In this document: one piece after another, positions 44,983 through 54,319 of the stretch | How positions within the stretch are numbered: the stretch's first letter is position 1 | Layout of the letters: every line of letters begins with the position of its first letter | IMG/VR virus record: IMGVR_UViG_3300032315_001715 | Coordinates: 372,001 to 436,000 of that record | DNA length: 64,000 bases | Direction: 5' to 3' (one strand) | Position numbers and translations under genes: made by a program | Notes under the pieces: generated by a model | Seen by the model: the letters and a program-made list of their open reading frames with translations, nothing else | The model's database searches: none | What the model was told of the DNA's origin: nothing

Positions 44983-45443
44983 TCCACATGTGTAATACCG
45001 TTACCGTGGAATGTAAATCTCAGAAAGAAAAAGGCCTGCTTGTTTTGCAGGTTTTGGACCATGAACCAGTAGGTGTCATTTTGATAGATCCATTGATAGA
45101 GATCAGCTTCTTGCAGGTTGTTTTCGTCGGCTTGATCCAACACCCAAAAGTTCCATTTGCATCCATTTGGTCCAAGATTTATGGTACCCTGGGATGACAC
45201 CGGTGCGGCCGTCATGCTGATACCAACCGGTTCTCGTGACGGCCAACAGCGTATCACCGGAACGAAACAGCTTTCAAATGGTGTGGTGTCAGCCGCGTCA
45301 ACAACCACCTGGTTGTAGTACCTGCGCATCTTGAACGGGAAACACAGCGTGGTTGACGGTGGAAGAACGTAATAGTGTTCTTTTTCCAGGGTAGTAACGA
45401 TCTTTGACCCTTGTGGAAGGCCGCCGGAATAGTAGGTGCTCAT
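44979..45443 (-). CDS. hypothetical protein
   Basis: 154 aa, ATGA-coupled to the exonuclease. Confidence 0.75.
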   Translation of the reverse strand: MSTYYSGGLPQGSKIVTTLEKEHYYVLPPSTTLCFPFKMRRYYNQVVVDAADTTPFESCFVPVIRCWPSREPVGISMTAAPVSSQGTINLGPNGCKWNFWVLDQADENNLQEADLYQWIYQNDTYWFMVQNLQNKQAFFFLRFTFHGNGITHVE

Positions 45444-45490
45444 GATATATTTATCGCTAAATAACCCAAAGCAATTGGTGGTCTTGAGAA

Positions 45491-46846
45491 ATGAGCATTT
45501 ACAACTATCCTGTCACTGGATTACCTGGTCCAACTGGTATCACGGGTGCGATCGGTCCAACCGGAAATACCGGACCAACCGGAAATACTGGACCAAGTGG
45601 CATCAGCTTCACCGGGCCTACCGGTGCAACTGGCGCCGATTCCACGATAACCGGGCCTACCGGTGCAACCGGTGATTCTTTCACCGGACCAACCGGCGCG
45701 ACCGGATCTGATTCAATGGTAACCGGTCCTACCGGCGCGACGGTTACTGGTCCCACGGGAGAACGCGGTCCAACCGGTGCGACCGGCCGAGCTAGCACGG
45801 TTGCTGGTCCCAGCGGTCCGACCGGACAGCGAGGTTTCACCGGCCCGATCGGGCTGCGTGGTGCAACAGGTCCGTCGGGCGTAACGGGTTCGACCGGACC
45901 ATTTGGTGAGGGCAGCACGGGTCCGCAGGGTGAGGTTGGTCCAGAAGGACCGACGGGTCCCAGCGGTGCAGGCAGCACGGGACCTTCGGGTGCCACCGGA
46001 CCAGCTGGGGGTCCTACTGGATCCCCAGGATCGACCGGTACTACCGGACCGACAGGTCGAGCAGGTACCAGTTTCACCGGTCCAACAGGTTCACAGGGCA
46101 CCATTGGAGCACAGGGACCAACCGGTGCGACCGGTGCCCAGGGAGTGCAGGGCCTGACCGGGTCACCATCGACCACACCAGGACCAACCGGTCCGCAAGG
46201 ATCGCAGGGCAATGCCGGTGCAACAGGACCAACTGGGGCAAGTGGTGCTACTGGTCCGCAGGGATTGATCGGAAATACCGGTCCACAGGGTGTGCAAGGC
46301 CCACAGGGCAATGTTGGTGCCACGGGCGCTATCGGTACAACAGGTGCCACGGGCGCTACCGGTACAACCGGACCGCAGGGTGTGCAGGGGTCACAAGGCA
46401 ATCTAGGATCAACCGGGACCACGGGTGCTACCGGTGCTACCGGTGCTACCGGCCCAACAGGGCTGCTAGGATCAACAGGTCCACGGGGGTCACAGGGTAA
46501 TCTAGGTGCCACTGGATCAACCGGATCGACCGGGCCAACCGGCGTGTCAAGCTATCCAACATCTAGATCCCAGGTAACCACATCGACATGGAATGCGGTG
46601 ATCACCGATCAATACCTCGGCGTGACCTACTCTGGTAACGTAACCATTAATCTTCCCACGGGAGTTGATCAAAAGGGATTGATAATCAAGGATGAAAACG
46701 GGTCTGCTAACAGCAATCCCATCACCTTGGTGCCGAACGGTTCCCAGACCATTGACGGTCAATCGTCGGTCAGCATTAACAACAGCCACGGTGCCGCAAC
46801 GTTATGGTTCCACAGCGGTGTTTGGCATGTGATAAGCAAGGCATGA
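45491..46846 (+). CDS. collagen-like fibre protein
   Basis: About 350 aa of G-X-T/Q repeats plus C-terminal globular domain. Confidence 0.9.
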   Translation: MSIYNYPVTGLPGPTGITGAIGPTGNTGPTGNTGPSGISFTGPTGATGADSTITGPTGATGDSFTGPTGATGSDSMVTGPTGATVTGPTGERGPTGATGRASTVAGPSGPTGQRGFTGPIGLRGATGPSGVTGSTGPFGEGSTGPQGEVGPEGPTGPSGAGSTGPSGATGPAGGPTGSPGSTGTTGPTGRAGTSFTGPTGSQGTIGAQGPTGATGAQGVQGLTGSPSTTPGPTGPQGSQGNAGATGPTGASGATGPQGLIGNTGPQGVQGPQGNVGATGAIGTTGATGATGTTGPQGVQGSQGNLGSTGTTGATGATGATGPTGLLGSTGPRGSQGNLGATGSTGSTGPTGVSSYPTSRSQVTTSTWNAVITDQYLGVTYSGNVTINLPTGVDQKGLIIKDENGSANSNPITLVPNGSQTIDGQSSVSINNSHGAATLWFHSGVWHVISKA

Positions 46847-46883
46847 TGCACCACATAAATATCATGAGATTGGATGACAAGAA

Positions 46884-47837
46884 ATGACCGTAGGTAGCCG
46901 AGTAAATCCCAACTTTCCGATACCTGGCATCGACCAAAGCAGCCGCGGTTTCCGCGATAACTTTGCCACGATCAAACAGGAAATCGAAAACATACAAAGC
47001 AAGCACATACAGCTGACTGGGGCGTTCATCAGCGATCCGATTGAAATTGGCAATGGCGAGAGCGACGTAATAATACCTGTCAACGTTAGCCTTACCAACA
47101 TACAAGCGGCTGGGGCTAATCTCAGCGTTCAATACAATCTAAACAACACCATCACCGGTTCAGAGATGTATTATAATTCCGGCCGTGTTGGTATCAACAC
47201 CAGCCTACCAACCGAAGCGCTGGATGTGGTGGGTAACATCAAGATCGTCAACGGTGAATCCACCACCATGCAGCTTGGTAGCAATCTACGCATCAAGGCT
47301 GGTCAGGCATCAACCGTATTTTCGATCAACAATTCAAATATCATCGTCATTGACAACGCCAACAGTTATGTAGGCATTGGTACCAATCCAATGACCACCC
47401 TTGACATGGTGTCGGCCAACTCTGATGCCATGATGATACGATACACCAAAAACAACAGTGATAGCGGTGTTCGTTTGACGACAACCCAGACCAACACCAC
47501 CCTGGCCACGGTATTTGAGCAGAGAAACACCAACAAGGTCGGCGGCATGCGATTGGATCAGCAAGGCAATCTAAGCCTGCATGTCAACGAAAGCATGGAT
47601 GCTAATCTCAGTGATGCCAGCCGTGTCGTGGTGATATTGCCAAACAACAACGTTGGTATCGGTTCAATGGTACCAAAAAATCAGCTGGATGTGCAAGGCA
47701 ATGCGCATGTCAGCGGTATGCTGTCGGTCGGATCAGTGCCAAGCATAACCGGATCAAGGGGTGGTAACGCTGCCTTGGCCAGCTTGCTGACCGCCCTGGT
47801 TGGCATGGGACTCATAGTAGACAACACAACAGCATGA
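46884..47837 (+). CDS. virion structural (tail/baseplate-like) protein
   Basis: FPIPGIDQSSRGFRDNF; VGIGT...LDV repeats. Confidence 0.8.
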   Translation: MTVGSRVNPNFPIPGIDQSSRGFRDNFATIKQEIENIQSKHIQLTGAFISDPIEIGNGESDVIIPVNVSLTNIQAAGANLSVQYNLNNTITGSEMYYNSGRVGINTSLPTEALDVVGNIKIVNGESTTMQLGSNLRIKAGQASTVFSINNSNIIVIDNANSYVGIGTNPMTTLDMVSANSDAMMIRYTKNNSDSGVRLTTTQTNTTLATVFEQRNTNKVGGMRLDQQGNLSLHVNESMDANLSDASRVVVILPNNNVGIGSMVPKNQLDVQGNAHVSGMLSVGSVPSITGSRGGNAALASLLTALVGMGLIVDNTTA

Positions 47838-47851
47838 TCTGGAGCAGATAG

Positions 47852-48181
47852 ATGGTCACCCAAACACCAAAAATATTCGGACAAAACAAACCCGACGCTG
47901 GTATCAACACCAATCTGTTCACGGTGTCGACCGGTAACAACGCACAGATCAGCATCTTTGTTGCCAACCAGCTGGAAGATTACGATCGGTTTAACATCGC
48001 GTTGGTCCCAGCATCGACCAGCCAACAACCGGAAAACTATCTTGCATATTCAACCCCGTTAAGCGCCAACGGAGTGCTGGCATTTAGCGGTATCTATCTA
48101 AATTCAGGGGACAAGGTATTCGTGTCGTCTGAGCTAGGCAACTGTTCGTTTACCGCAACTGGTATTGATTTTAGCGCATGA
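47852..48181 (+). CDS. small structural protein
   Basis: 109 aa beta-rich, GIYLNSGDKVFV. Confidence 0.75.
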   Translation: MVTQTPKIFGQNKPDAGINTNLFTVSTGNNAQISIFVANQLEDYDRFNIALVPASTSQQPENYLAYSTPLSANGVLAFSGIYLNSGDKVFVSSELGNCSFTATGIDFSA

Positions 48182-48212
48182 TCAGCTCAGTTTGGCCTGT
48201 TGTTACGTAAAT

Positions 48213-48488
48213 ATGCCGGCAATGGGCAAACTGATAAGATTCCCTGGCAAGAAAACACCATCCAAGATCCGCTTGGAGGATTTCTTCCTCCAACGGCTTC
48301 CAGACCATCAACAATATTGCGATCTTGGTAACGTGCAGTTTACCTGTGCATCATGCGGAAACGTTTCCAAGTTCTCATTCACCGGCGTGGTGTTTAGGGA
48401 ATGCCATTTTTATTGCAGCCAGTGTGGCGTCGGATATAAGCTTAACAATCCACTATTTGGTCGCAAACGCGGCTCTGGGAGCCAGTAA
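48213..48488 (+). CDS. Zn-ribbon protein
   Basis: CASCG...CSQCG. Confidence 0.7.
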   Translation: MPAMGKLIRFPGKKTPSKIRLEDFFLQRLPDHQQYCDLGNVQFTCASCGNVSKFSFTGVVFRECHFYCSQCGVGYKLNNPLFGRKRGSGSQ

Positions 48489-48754
48489 TGTTTGGCGGAG
48501 ATCATCCATTTTCAATACCACTGGGAGAGCTAACATCAGAAGAGCTCGACCAACGCTACTCCACGCTGATGAATCGCTGGCACATTGCCCGACGCATGAA
48601 CATGGATCAGGGAGTCATGCATCAGCTTGATCTGCTGCTGTCATCGATCGACATGGAAAAAGAAAAGCGTGCTGCCGTTGACGATCGCATCAACGGTGTA
48701 GTATTAGATACAGACCCGATCCAAATGAACGGATCCAAAGAAAAGAGAACTTAA
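48488..48754 (+). CDS. hypothetical protein
   Basis: TAATG-coupled, 88 aa. Confidence 0.75.
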   Translation: MFGGDHPFSIPLGELTSEELDQRYSTLMNRWHIARRMNMDQGVMHQLDLLLSSIDMEKEKRAAVDDRINGVVLDTDPIQMNGSKEKRT

Positions 48755-48755
48755 A

Positions 48756-49415
48756 TTGCCTTTGATCCTGGAAACCAAGATGCATGCGGCATTTCGCATC
48801 ATCAGGTTATTGGATAATCAATTGATCGCTAGCAACTGCATCATTGATTGTTCCATTGATATCTTGCCAACATCTAACCCGTCAAATGCCAAGGATCGCA
48901 TAAAAGCCATGCGTTTATGGATCGAGGAATACCTCGACGGTGCGTTAGCATTTGGCATCAATACCAATGCTAATACTGAAACCTTTGAATCCATCGGAAA
49001 TCAGATCATGATGTGCCCTGATGATCCGCACGATTATCTGTTGCTGTTGTTGATACACAGCAAGCTGGATGCCATCGGCGGCAGTGGGATCGTGGTATCA
49101 AAAACCAATCTAATCTCGGATACCGGAGAAGGATTTTCCAATTCCGTTGAAGGAACTGCGGAGGATTGGTTACCAGTGAATTCCCAATGGATCGGAGAGC
49201 CTGCATATCACGATCGCCCTTGGTGGCACCGAGACGACAGCAGCACGGTTGATATGAAATATGAGGAAGGTGAGGACATCACCGATGTTCCAGAGCTTGG
49301 TATCAATCTCATTGAGCTCGTTGGCCAAAAGCAGCCATCTCCCGATAATGAACAACCGTTGGCCGAAATCGTCAAGCCGGCATTTAAACCTCGAGTGCTA
49401 ACACTGGATGATTGA
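48756..49415 (+). CDS. hypothetical protein
   Basis: 219 aa, PWWHRDDSST motif. Confidence 0.75.
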   Translation: MPLILETKMHAAFRIIRLLDNQLIASNCIIDCSIDILPTSNPSNAKDRIKAMRLWIEEYLDGALAFGINTNANTETFESIGNQIMMCPDDPHDYLLLLLIHSKLDAIGGSGIVVSKTNLISDTGEGFSNSVEGTAEDWLPVNSQWIGEPAYHDRPWWHRDDSSTVDMKYEEGEDITDVPELGINLIELVGQKQPSPDNEQPLAEIVKPAFKPRVLTLDD

Positions 49416-49929
49416 TCTAGGTAATCGCCGTATATTGGACGACGGCACCGTGATTTGTACCAGCGACGCCGTGATGGAAATGCTGTACTCCGGAAAAAGC
49501 ATTGCCGGAGTTTTGTGTGAGGATTGGAGAGATGCCGACGAATGGGCCACGGCTTCCAAGGTTTGCGACAACGAATGGCCTGGACCGGTACATGCAACAG
49601 GGAAATACTACCAAGACATTGATTGGTTCCAGCACTGGTTGACCCCAGAGCCATATACCCTCATTGATCTAGGCAGCTGGTGCAGGGAAAGATGCCGCAC
49701 GCCCGACGAACTCAGTCGGGTAGATTTGGAAATCCGTGAGTTTGAAACTCGCGGCATGATTCCCATAATGAAACACCTAATATATTGCGTCGATGTTTGG
49801 CGGCAACACGGCGTCGTATGGGGTGTTGGCCGCGGTAGCTCGGTGTGCTCGTTTGTTTTGCATTTAATTGGCATAAATCGCATAAATCCCATCGAACACG
49901 GTCTTGATATCGGCGAATGGTTGAAATAA
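49408..49929 (+). CDS. DNA polymerase III alpha-like fragment (split DnaE)
   Basis: WGVGRGSSVCSFVLHLIGINRINPIEHGL. Confidence 0.88.
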   Translation: MIDLGNRRILDDGTVICTSDAVMEMLYSGKSIAGVLCEDWRDADEWATASKVCDNEWPGPVHATGKYYQDIDWFQHWLTPEPYTLIDLGSWCRERCRTPDELSRVDLEIREFETRGMIPIMKHLIYCVDVWRQHGVVWGVGRGSSVCSFVLHLIGINRINPIEHGLDIGEWLK

Positions 49930-49956
49930 ATACCCACATATAACAAGGAGCCCAAC

Positions 49957-50394
49957 ATGGCAAAAAAGCACTACACGTCATTGGGAGAGCAGATCGACAT
50001 GTCGGCACTCGCCATCAAGCATTCACAAACGGTTGCACTTGGTAACGCTAGGATGAACGCCAGGGGAGACATTCTCGGCAACGGCGGGGTCGTTCTTCGC
50101 ACGCAGGAACAGATCGAATCAGAATGGAAGCGCACACAGACCGAGAATCGGGACCTTTCAGGTATTTCCGCAAACATCAAGGATCCGCTGCCAGCGTCGA
50201 TGACCAAGGGTAAAAGGCTCACCGAAGATCGGGATTTTGATCCGGCGGTTGCTGATTCGTCGGTGCCAGCGGCAGCCACACATACCGCTGTTGAAGACCA
50301 AGCAACCAATGGTGCAATCCTCAAGGAATTGGTGGAAAAGCAAGCAACCGGCAACGTTCCCCCACGTCGTCGCAAGATAGTGGATTCAGACTAA
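49957..50394 (+). CDS. hypothetical protein
   Basis: ALGNARMNARGDILGNGG; SD AAGGAG. Confidence 0.8.
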   Translation: MAKKHYTSLGEQIDMSALAIKHSQTVALGNARMNARGDILGNGGVVLRTQEQIESEWKRTQTENRDLSGISANIKDPLPASMTKGKRLTEDRDFDPAVADSSVPAAATHTAVEDQATNGAILKELVEKQATGNVPPRRRKIVDSD

Positions 50395-50708
50395 TGGGAA
50401 AAACCATCAAGGCCTTGCATGACAAGGTGCTGGTCGTCAACATCGAAAACGGCGGTAAGATCACCTCCGGAGGCATCATCATCCCCGATGACAATGGCAA
50501 GGAGCGAGGCATCCGCCCTAGATGGGCTGAGATCTATGCCGTCGGATCTGACATCACGGATCTAACCCCGGGGCAGTGGATACTGATCAGCCACGGTCGA
50601 TGGAGCCGAGGAGTTGACTTTGTTACGGATGCCGGAAAGATCACCCTTCGCCAGGTCGATTATCCCGAGGCCGTGCTGCTGGTTTCCGACACTGATCCTC
50701 TAGCCTAA
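50394..50708 (+). CDS. groES: GroES-like co-chaperonin
   Basis: IKALHDKVLV, TSGGIIIPD, YAVG. Confidence 0.9.
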   Translation: MGKTIKALHDKVLVVNIENGGKITSGGIIIPDDNGKERGIRPRWAEIYAVGSDITDLTPGQWILISHGRWSRGVDFVTDAGKITLRQVDYPEAVLLVSDTDPLA

Positions 50709-50752
50709 ACAAACACCTTGACACAACCGAGAGGTTGTTACATAGTTGATGT

Positions 50753-51208
50753 ATGATCACCTATGTTCAAGGCGACCTTCTAGGAGCCACCCAAAAGGTA
50801 ATAGTCCATGGTACCAATAACCGTGGCGTAATGGGATCTGGCGTGGCCCGCCAGATCCGAGCTAGATGGCCAAACGTCTATGAGGTATATGCACTCAAGC
50901 ACAAGGTCTTTGGCCTTGATCTGGGAGACGTGATACCGGTAGCAACGCTGGATGGCAAGGTCATCGTCAATGCCGTGACGCAGGACGGATTTGGTCGGGA
51001 TGGTCAACGATATGTTGACTATGCTGCCATCGAGCGATGCTTTGAGATCATCAACGATAAGGTACATGCCTGGGAGGTCACCGAGGTGGCATTTCCTTTT
51101 ATCGGTGCAGGCCTCGGAGGAGGAGACTGGAAGATCATAGAAGAGATTCTCACCCGAACTGCAACGTTTTATACACCGGTGGTCTATGATTTCCAGGTAG
51201 ATCCGTGA
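50753..51208 (+). CDS. macrodomain (ADP-ribose binding/hydrolase)
   Basis: GDLL, NNRGVMGSGVA, PFIGAGLGGGDW. Confidence 0.93.
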   Translation: MITYVQGDLLGATQKVIVHGTNNRGVMGSGVARQIRARWPNVYEVYALKHKVFGLDLGDVIPVATLDGKVIVNAVTQDGFGRDGQRYVDYAAIERCFEIINDKVHAWEVTEVAFPFIGAGLGGGDWKIIEEILTRTATFYTPVVYDFQVDP

Positions 51209-51236
51209 TATGCTTGCGTTCAAACAGGGGATTTAG

Positions 51237-52169
51237 ATGAGCATCAAAAATAATTTATGGACTGAGCGCTATCGCCCAATCAAGCTAGACGACTATGTAT
51301 GGATCGATGACGATCAGAAGCGAGAAGTTGAAGGCTGGGTTGCTGAAAAAGAAATCCCACATATCCTATTAAGTGGTGGTCCGGGCTGCGGTAAGACCAG
51401 CCTTGCTAAAATGGTCCTCAAGGAAATGGGAGTGGATGACAGCGACGTCAAGTATGTCAACGCATCGATGATGACCGGTATCGATGGCATGCGCGACCTC
51501 GTTGGATTCTGTGAAACCATGCCTAGCGGTGATTTTCGATATGTGTTGCTTGACGAAGCTGATCGTCTGAGCCCACAGGCACAGGACTCACTCAAGAACA
51601 TGATAGAGGAATACAGCTCAATATGCCGCTGGATCCTTACCACCAATCGACCACACAAGATATTTGGTCCGATACATTCTCGTGTGCAGGGCTTCCATGT
51701 CGAGGCATTGGACCGGGAACAGTTCGTTACACGGGTGGGAACAATTCTTCTCACCGAGGGCGTTGATCTCAATGAACAAAATCTCGAAATACTTGATGAA
51801 TATGTCACGGTCACATACCCTGATCTTCGCAAGTGTCTCAACATGCTACAGCAAAATTGCAAGGATGGCGAGCTGCGTCGACCCAAGAAATCCGGCGGCG
51901 GTGTGGCTGAATACATGATCGAGGCCGTTTCCCTGTTCAAGAACGGTAAGATCCATGAGGCTCGCAAATTGGTATGCGCTAATGCAAGCGATGCTGATTA
52001 CGAGGAGATTTATCGGCTGCTGTATCGCAATCTCGAATGGTGGGGTCGTGATGACGATACACAAAATCGTGCGGTGGTGATCATTGCCAACCGGCTAAAG
52101 GATCATGCACTGGTAGCAGATCCTGAAATTGCCATGGCAGCATGCTTGATTGAATTATCGATGCTGTGA
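51237..52169 (+). CDS. clamp loader ATPase subunit (RFC/gp44-like)
   Basis: LWTERYRP, GPGCGKTS, LDEADRLS, IHSRV. Confidence 0.95.
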   Translation: MSIKNNLWTERYRPIKLDDYVWIDDDQKREVEGWVAEKEIPHILLSGGPGCGKTSLAKMVLKEMGVDDSDVKYVNASMMTGIDGMRDLVGFCETMPSGDFRYVLLDEADRLSPQAQDSLKNMIEEYSSICRWILTTNRPHKIFGPIHSRVQGFHVEALDREQFVTRVGTILLTEGVDLNEQNLEILDEYVTVTYPDLRKCLNMLQQNCKDGELRRPKKSGGGVAEYMIEAVSLFKNGKIHEARKLVCANASDADYEEIYRLLYRNLEWWGRDDDTQNRAVVIIANRLKDHALVADPEIAMAACLIELSML

Positions 52170-52328
52170 TGATTTATTAAAAATCCATGTGCTGTATGTG
52201 GATATCACATACAGCACAATATGAAATGATTATTGTGGTATCTCTAGCCAAATGACTTCCCAGGGAAAACCAGATTAGGCGGTGATATCACGCAATGCTT
52301 GGCGATAAACGGTTCGAAGGCTGACCAG

Positions 52329-52805
52329 TTATAAACTACTGTCACTGTGGGGAGCCTCCGGCCACATAATGTTTAGGGGGAATTCGGGCTGGTCAGGAAG
52401 GTCTCTAAGGGCTTGACGATAAGCTGCCCAAGCAGCTTTGTCCACTGGTGCATCCGCTACTTGTGTCCAATCACAAGCGGTGAGCCTAGCGTTGCGTTGG
52501 TTGCGGATCAATGTTGCAATGTTTATATCTACCGTGCTTTTCTCTTGGTCAGTCATAGGCACAACTGCAAAAGTCTGCCTCCAGATTCCGTATTCATTTC
52601 GAACAGGAGCAACCTCTACCGTTTTTTCGTAGCGTCCTGTATCGGGCGTATTGGAAAAATCGTAAATGCCATAACCCAACGATTCTACTGTATCTGCTGT
52701 GAAATAGTTTGGAAACGATGTGTATGGAAAGAGTTGCCGGAAATTTTCCTCTGCAATTGGATAACCCACAGGTTGCCCGTCTAGTAACTGAATGAATAAT
52801 GTCAT
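52329..52805 (-). CDS. tail fibre assembly chaperone
   Basis: RNQRNARLTACDWTQ, YRQALRDLPDQPEFP...WP. Confidence 0.88.
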   Translation of the reverse strand: MTLFIQLLDGQPVGYPIAEENFRQLFPYTSFPNYFTADTVESLGYGIYDFSNTPDTGRYEKTVEVAPVRNEYGIWRQTFAVVPMTDQEKSTVDINIATLIRNQRNARLTACDWTQVADAPVDKAAWAAYRQALRDLPDQPEFPLNIMWPEAPHSDSSL

Positions 52806-53776
52806 CACACATTCCCCGTGTTGGTTGATGGAAATTGCCGTGTGGTTCCTGGCCAAATTATGCGTACTGCGCCCACACCGCCATTTCCACCTACAGATGT
52901 ACCCGAACTAGCGTTTCCAGATCCGCCGCCTCCACCATATGATCCACCGTCGCCACCAAACTGACTTCCCAAGTTTACAGGTACAAATCCGTTGGTGCCG
53001 CCTGAACCTGCTTGTCCCACCATTGTGGCATCAGGAGATGCTGATGTAAGATCCGTAGTGCCTGCCGCCCCGTTTGAGCCTGATCCTAATATACCCACAC
53101 CTCCTCCACCGGCGCCACCATAGTTGATGGTACCGGTTGAAGTTGCCATACCAGCACCGCCACCACCGCCACCTCCGGAGCCTGCAGTGGGTTGAACATA
53201 TGTACCGTTACTTGCTAGACTTCCGGCTCCTGCACCGCCGGTGCCGCTATACCCTCCGGCACCTCCACCCCCCGATGACATATAACTTGAATCACCACCA
53301 GCATTGGCAGAATAATTACCTGCACTGATTCCACCTGTGCCACCACCATCAAAAGTCCCAGAAGCTACCCCACCTGAGGGGGCTGTGGCAGATGAGTTTC
53401 CCGAACCGTGCTGCCCACCTGTTGCGCTCACCGTGATAACACCATTAGAGAATGAACTAGTTCCACCAGTATAGGGTGTGCCCAAACTACCTGCTGCTGT
53501 AGCCTGTGATGTGCCGGCAGGCAGTCCTGTGCCGCGTGCACCTACAATTACCGTATAAGATTGGTTGGGAACCACCGCGATATTATTTTTATATGCCAGG
53601 CCTCCCCCTGCTCCACCAGAACCAAAGTAGTTTCCCCCACCCCCGCCGCCCCCAACAACCACCACAGAAACGGAAGTTACTCCTGCGGGTGCAGTCCAGC
53701 TAAATGTGCCTGCAGTTGTGTATGCCTGCTGTCCACTTACAATACTGGTGACTCCAGATGTACTAGCGCCAAACAT
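52805..53776 (-). CDS. glycine-rich virion protein
   Basis: WTAPAGVTSVSVVVVGGGGGG, GAVRIIW. Confidence 0.85.
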   Translation of the reverse strand: MFGASTSGVTSIVSGQQAYTTAGTFSWTAPAGVTSVSVVVVGGGGGGGNYFGSGGAGGGLAYKNNIAVVPNQSYTVIVGARGTGLPAGTSQATAAGSLGTPYTGGTSSFSNGVITVSATGGQHGSGNSSATAPSGGVASGTFDGGGTGGISAGNYSANAGGDSSYMSSGGGGAGGYSGTGGAGAGSLASNGTYVQPTAGSGGGGGGGAGMATSTGTINYGGAGGGGVGILGSGSNGAAGTTDLTSASPDATMVGQAGSGGTNGFVPVNLGSQFGGDGGSYGGGGGSGNASSGTSVGGNGGVGAVRIIWPGTTRQFPSTNTGNV

Positions 53777-54300
53777 TATAGATAATTCTGCCCTGCGTTT
53801 GATCCCCACCAATATAGACCATCAGCAGTGAACACAAACTTGTCTCCTTTGCTGGCAGTAGCAGTGATTGTGGGTGCTGAGGAACTGGGCCACTTGACTG
53901 ATGCTGGCCAAGTAGCGCTGCGGCTACCAGTGGCGTCTTGTTGCAAGAACAAGGTAAACGACTTTCCCACCGTGGGTGTGGGGAAAGTGAATGTGCAGTT
54001 GCCTGTCAATGTCAAAATTTGTAGTGTGCCAGTGGTCAAATCAATGGTATAAGCAGTGCCAGTGTTGGCAGCCAAGGTTTTTTCCGTGTATCCACCGTTC
54101 ACATCTAGATTACCTGATATGGTCAATCCGCCTGTGGAGGTGAAAACTGGTATCTCCTGGTATGACAGACTAGTGCCAGATGACACCAACCTTTTATACA
54201 ACTTGTTGGTGGTGGTGTTAAAATATTCATCTCCCACATCGCCAGTGACTGGAGCAGAAGTGGATGGCAAATGTTTCACATAATCCTTGGATGACATCAA
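53776..54300 (-). CDS. tail-fibre-associated protein
   Basis: LQQDATGSRSATWPASVKW. Confidence 0.8.
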   Translation of the reverse strand: MMSSKDYVKHLPSTSAPVTGDVGDEYFNTTTNKLYKRLVSSGTSLSYQEIPVFTSTGGLTISGNLDVNGGYTEKTLAANTGTAYTIDLTTGTLQILTLTGNCTFTFPTPTVGKSFTLFLQQDATGSRSATWPASVKWPSSSAPTITATASKGDKFVFTADGLYWWGSNAGQNYL

Positions 54301-54319
54301 TCGTTCCTATGGGTTAGCA

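Noticed and set aside
45505-46512. 335-aa minus-strand ORF (and 62218-63531 plus-strand ORF)
   Set aside because: Antisense shadows of repetitive fibre genes.
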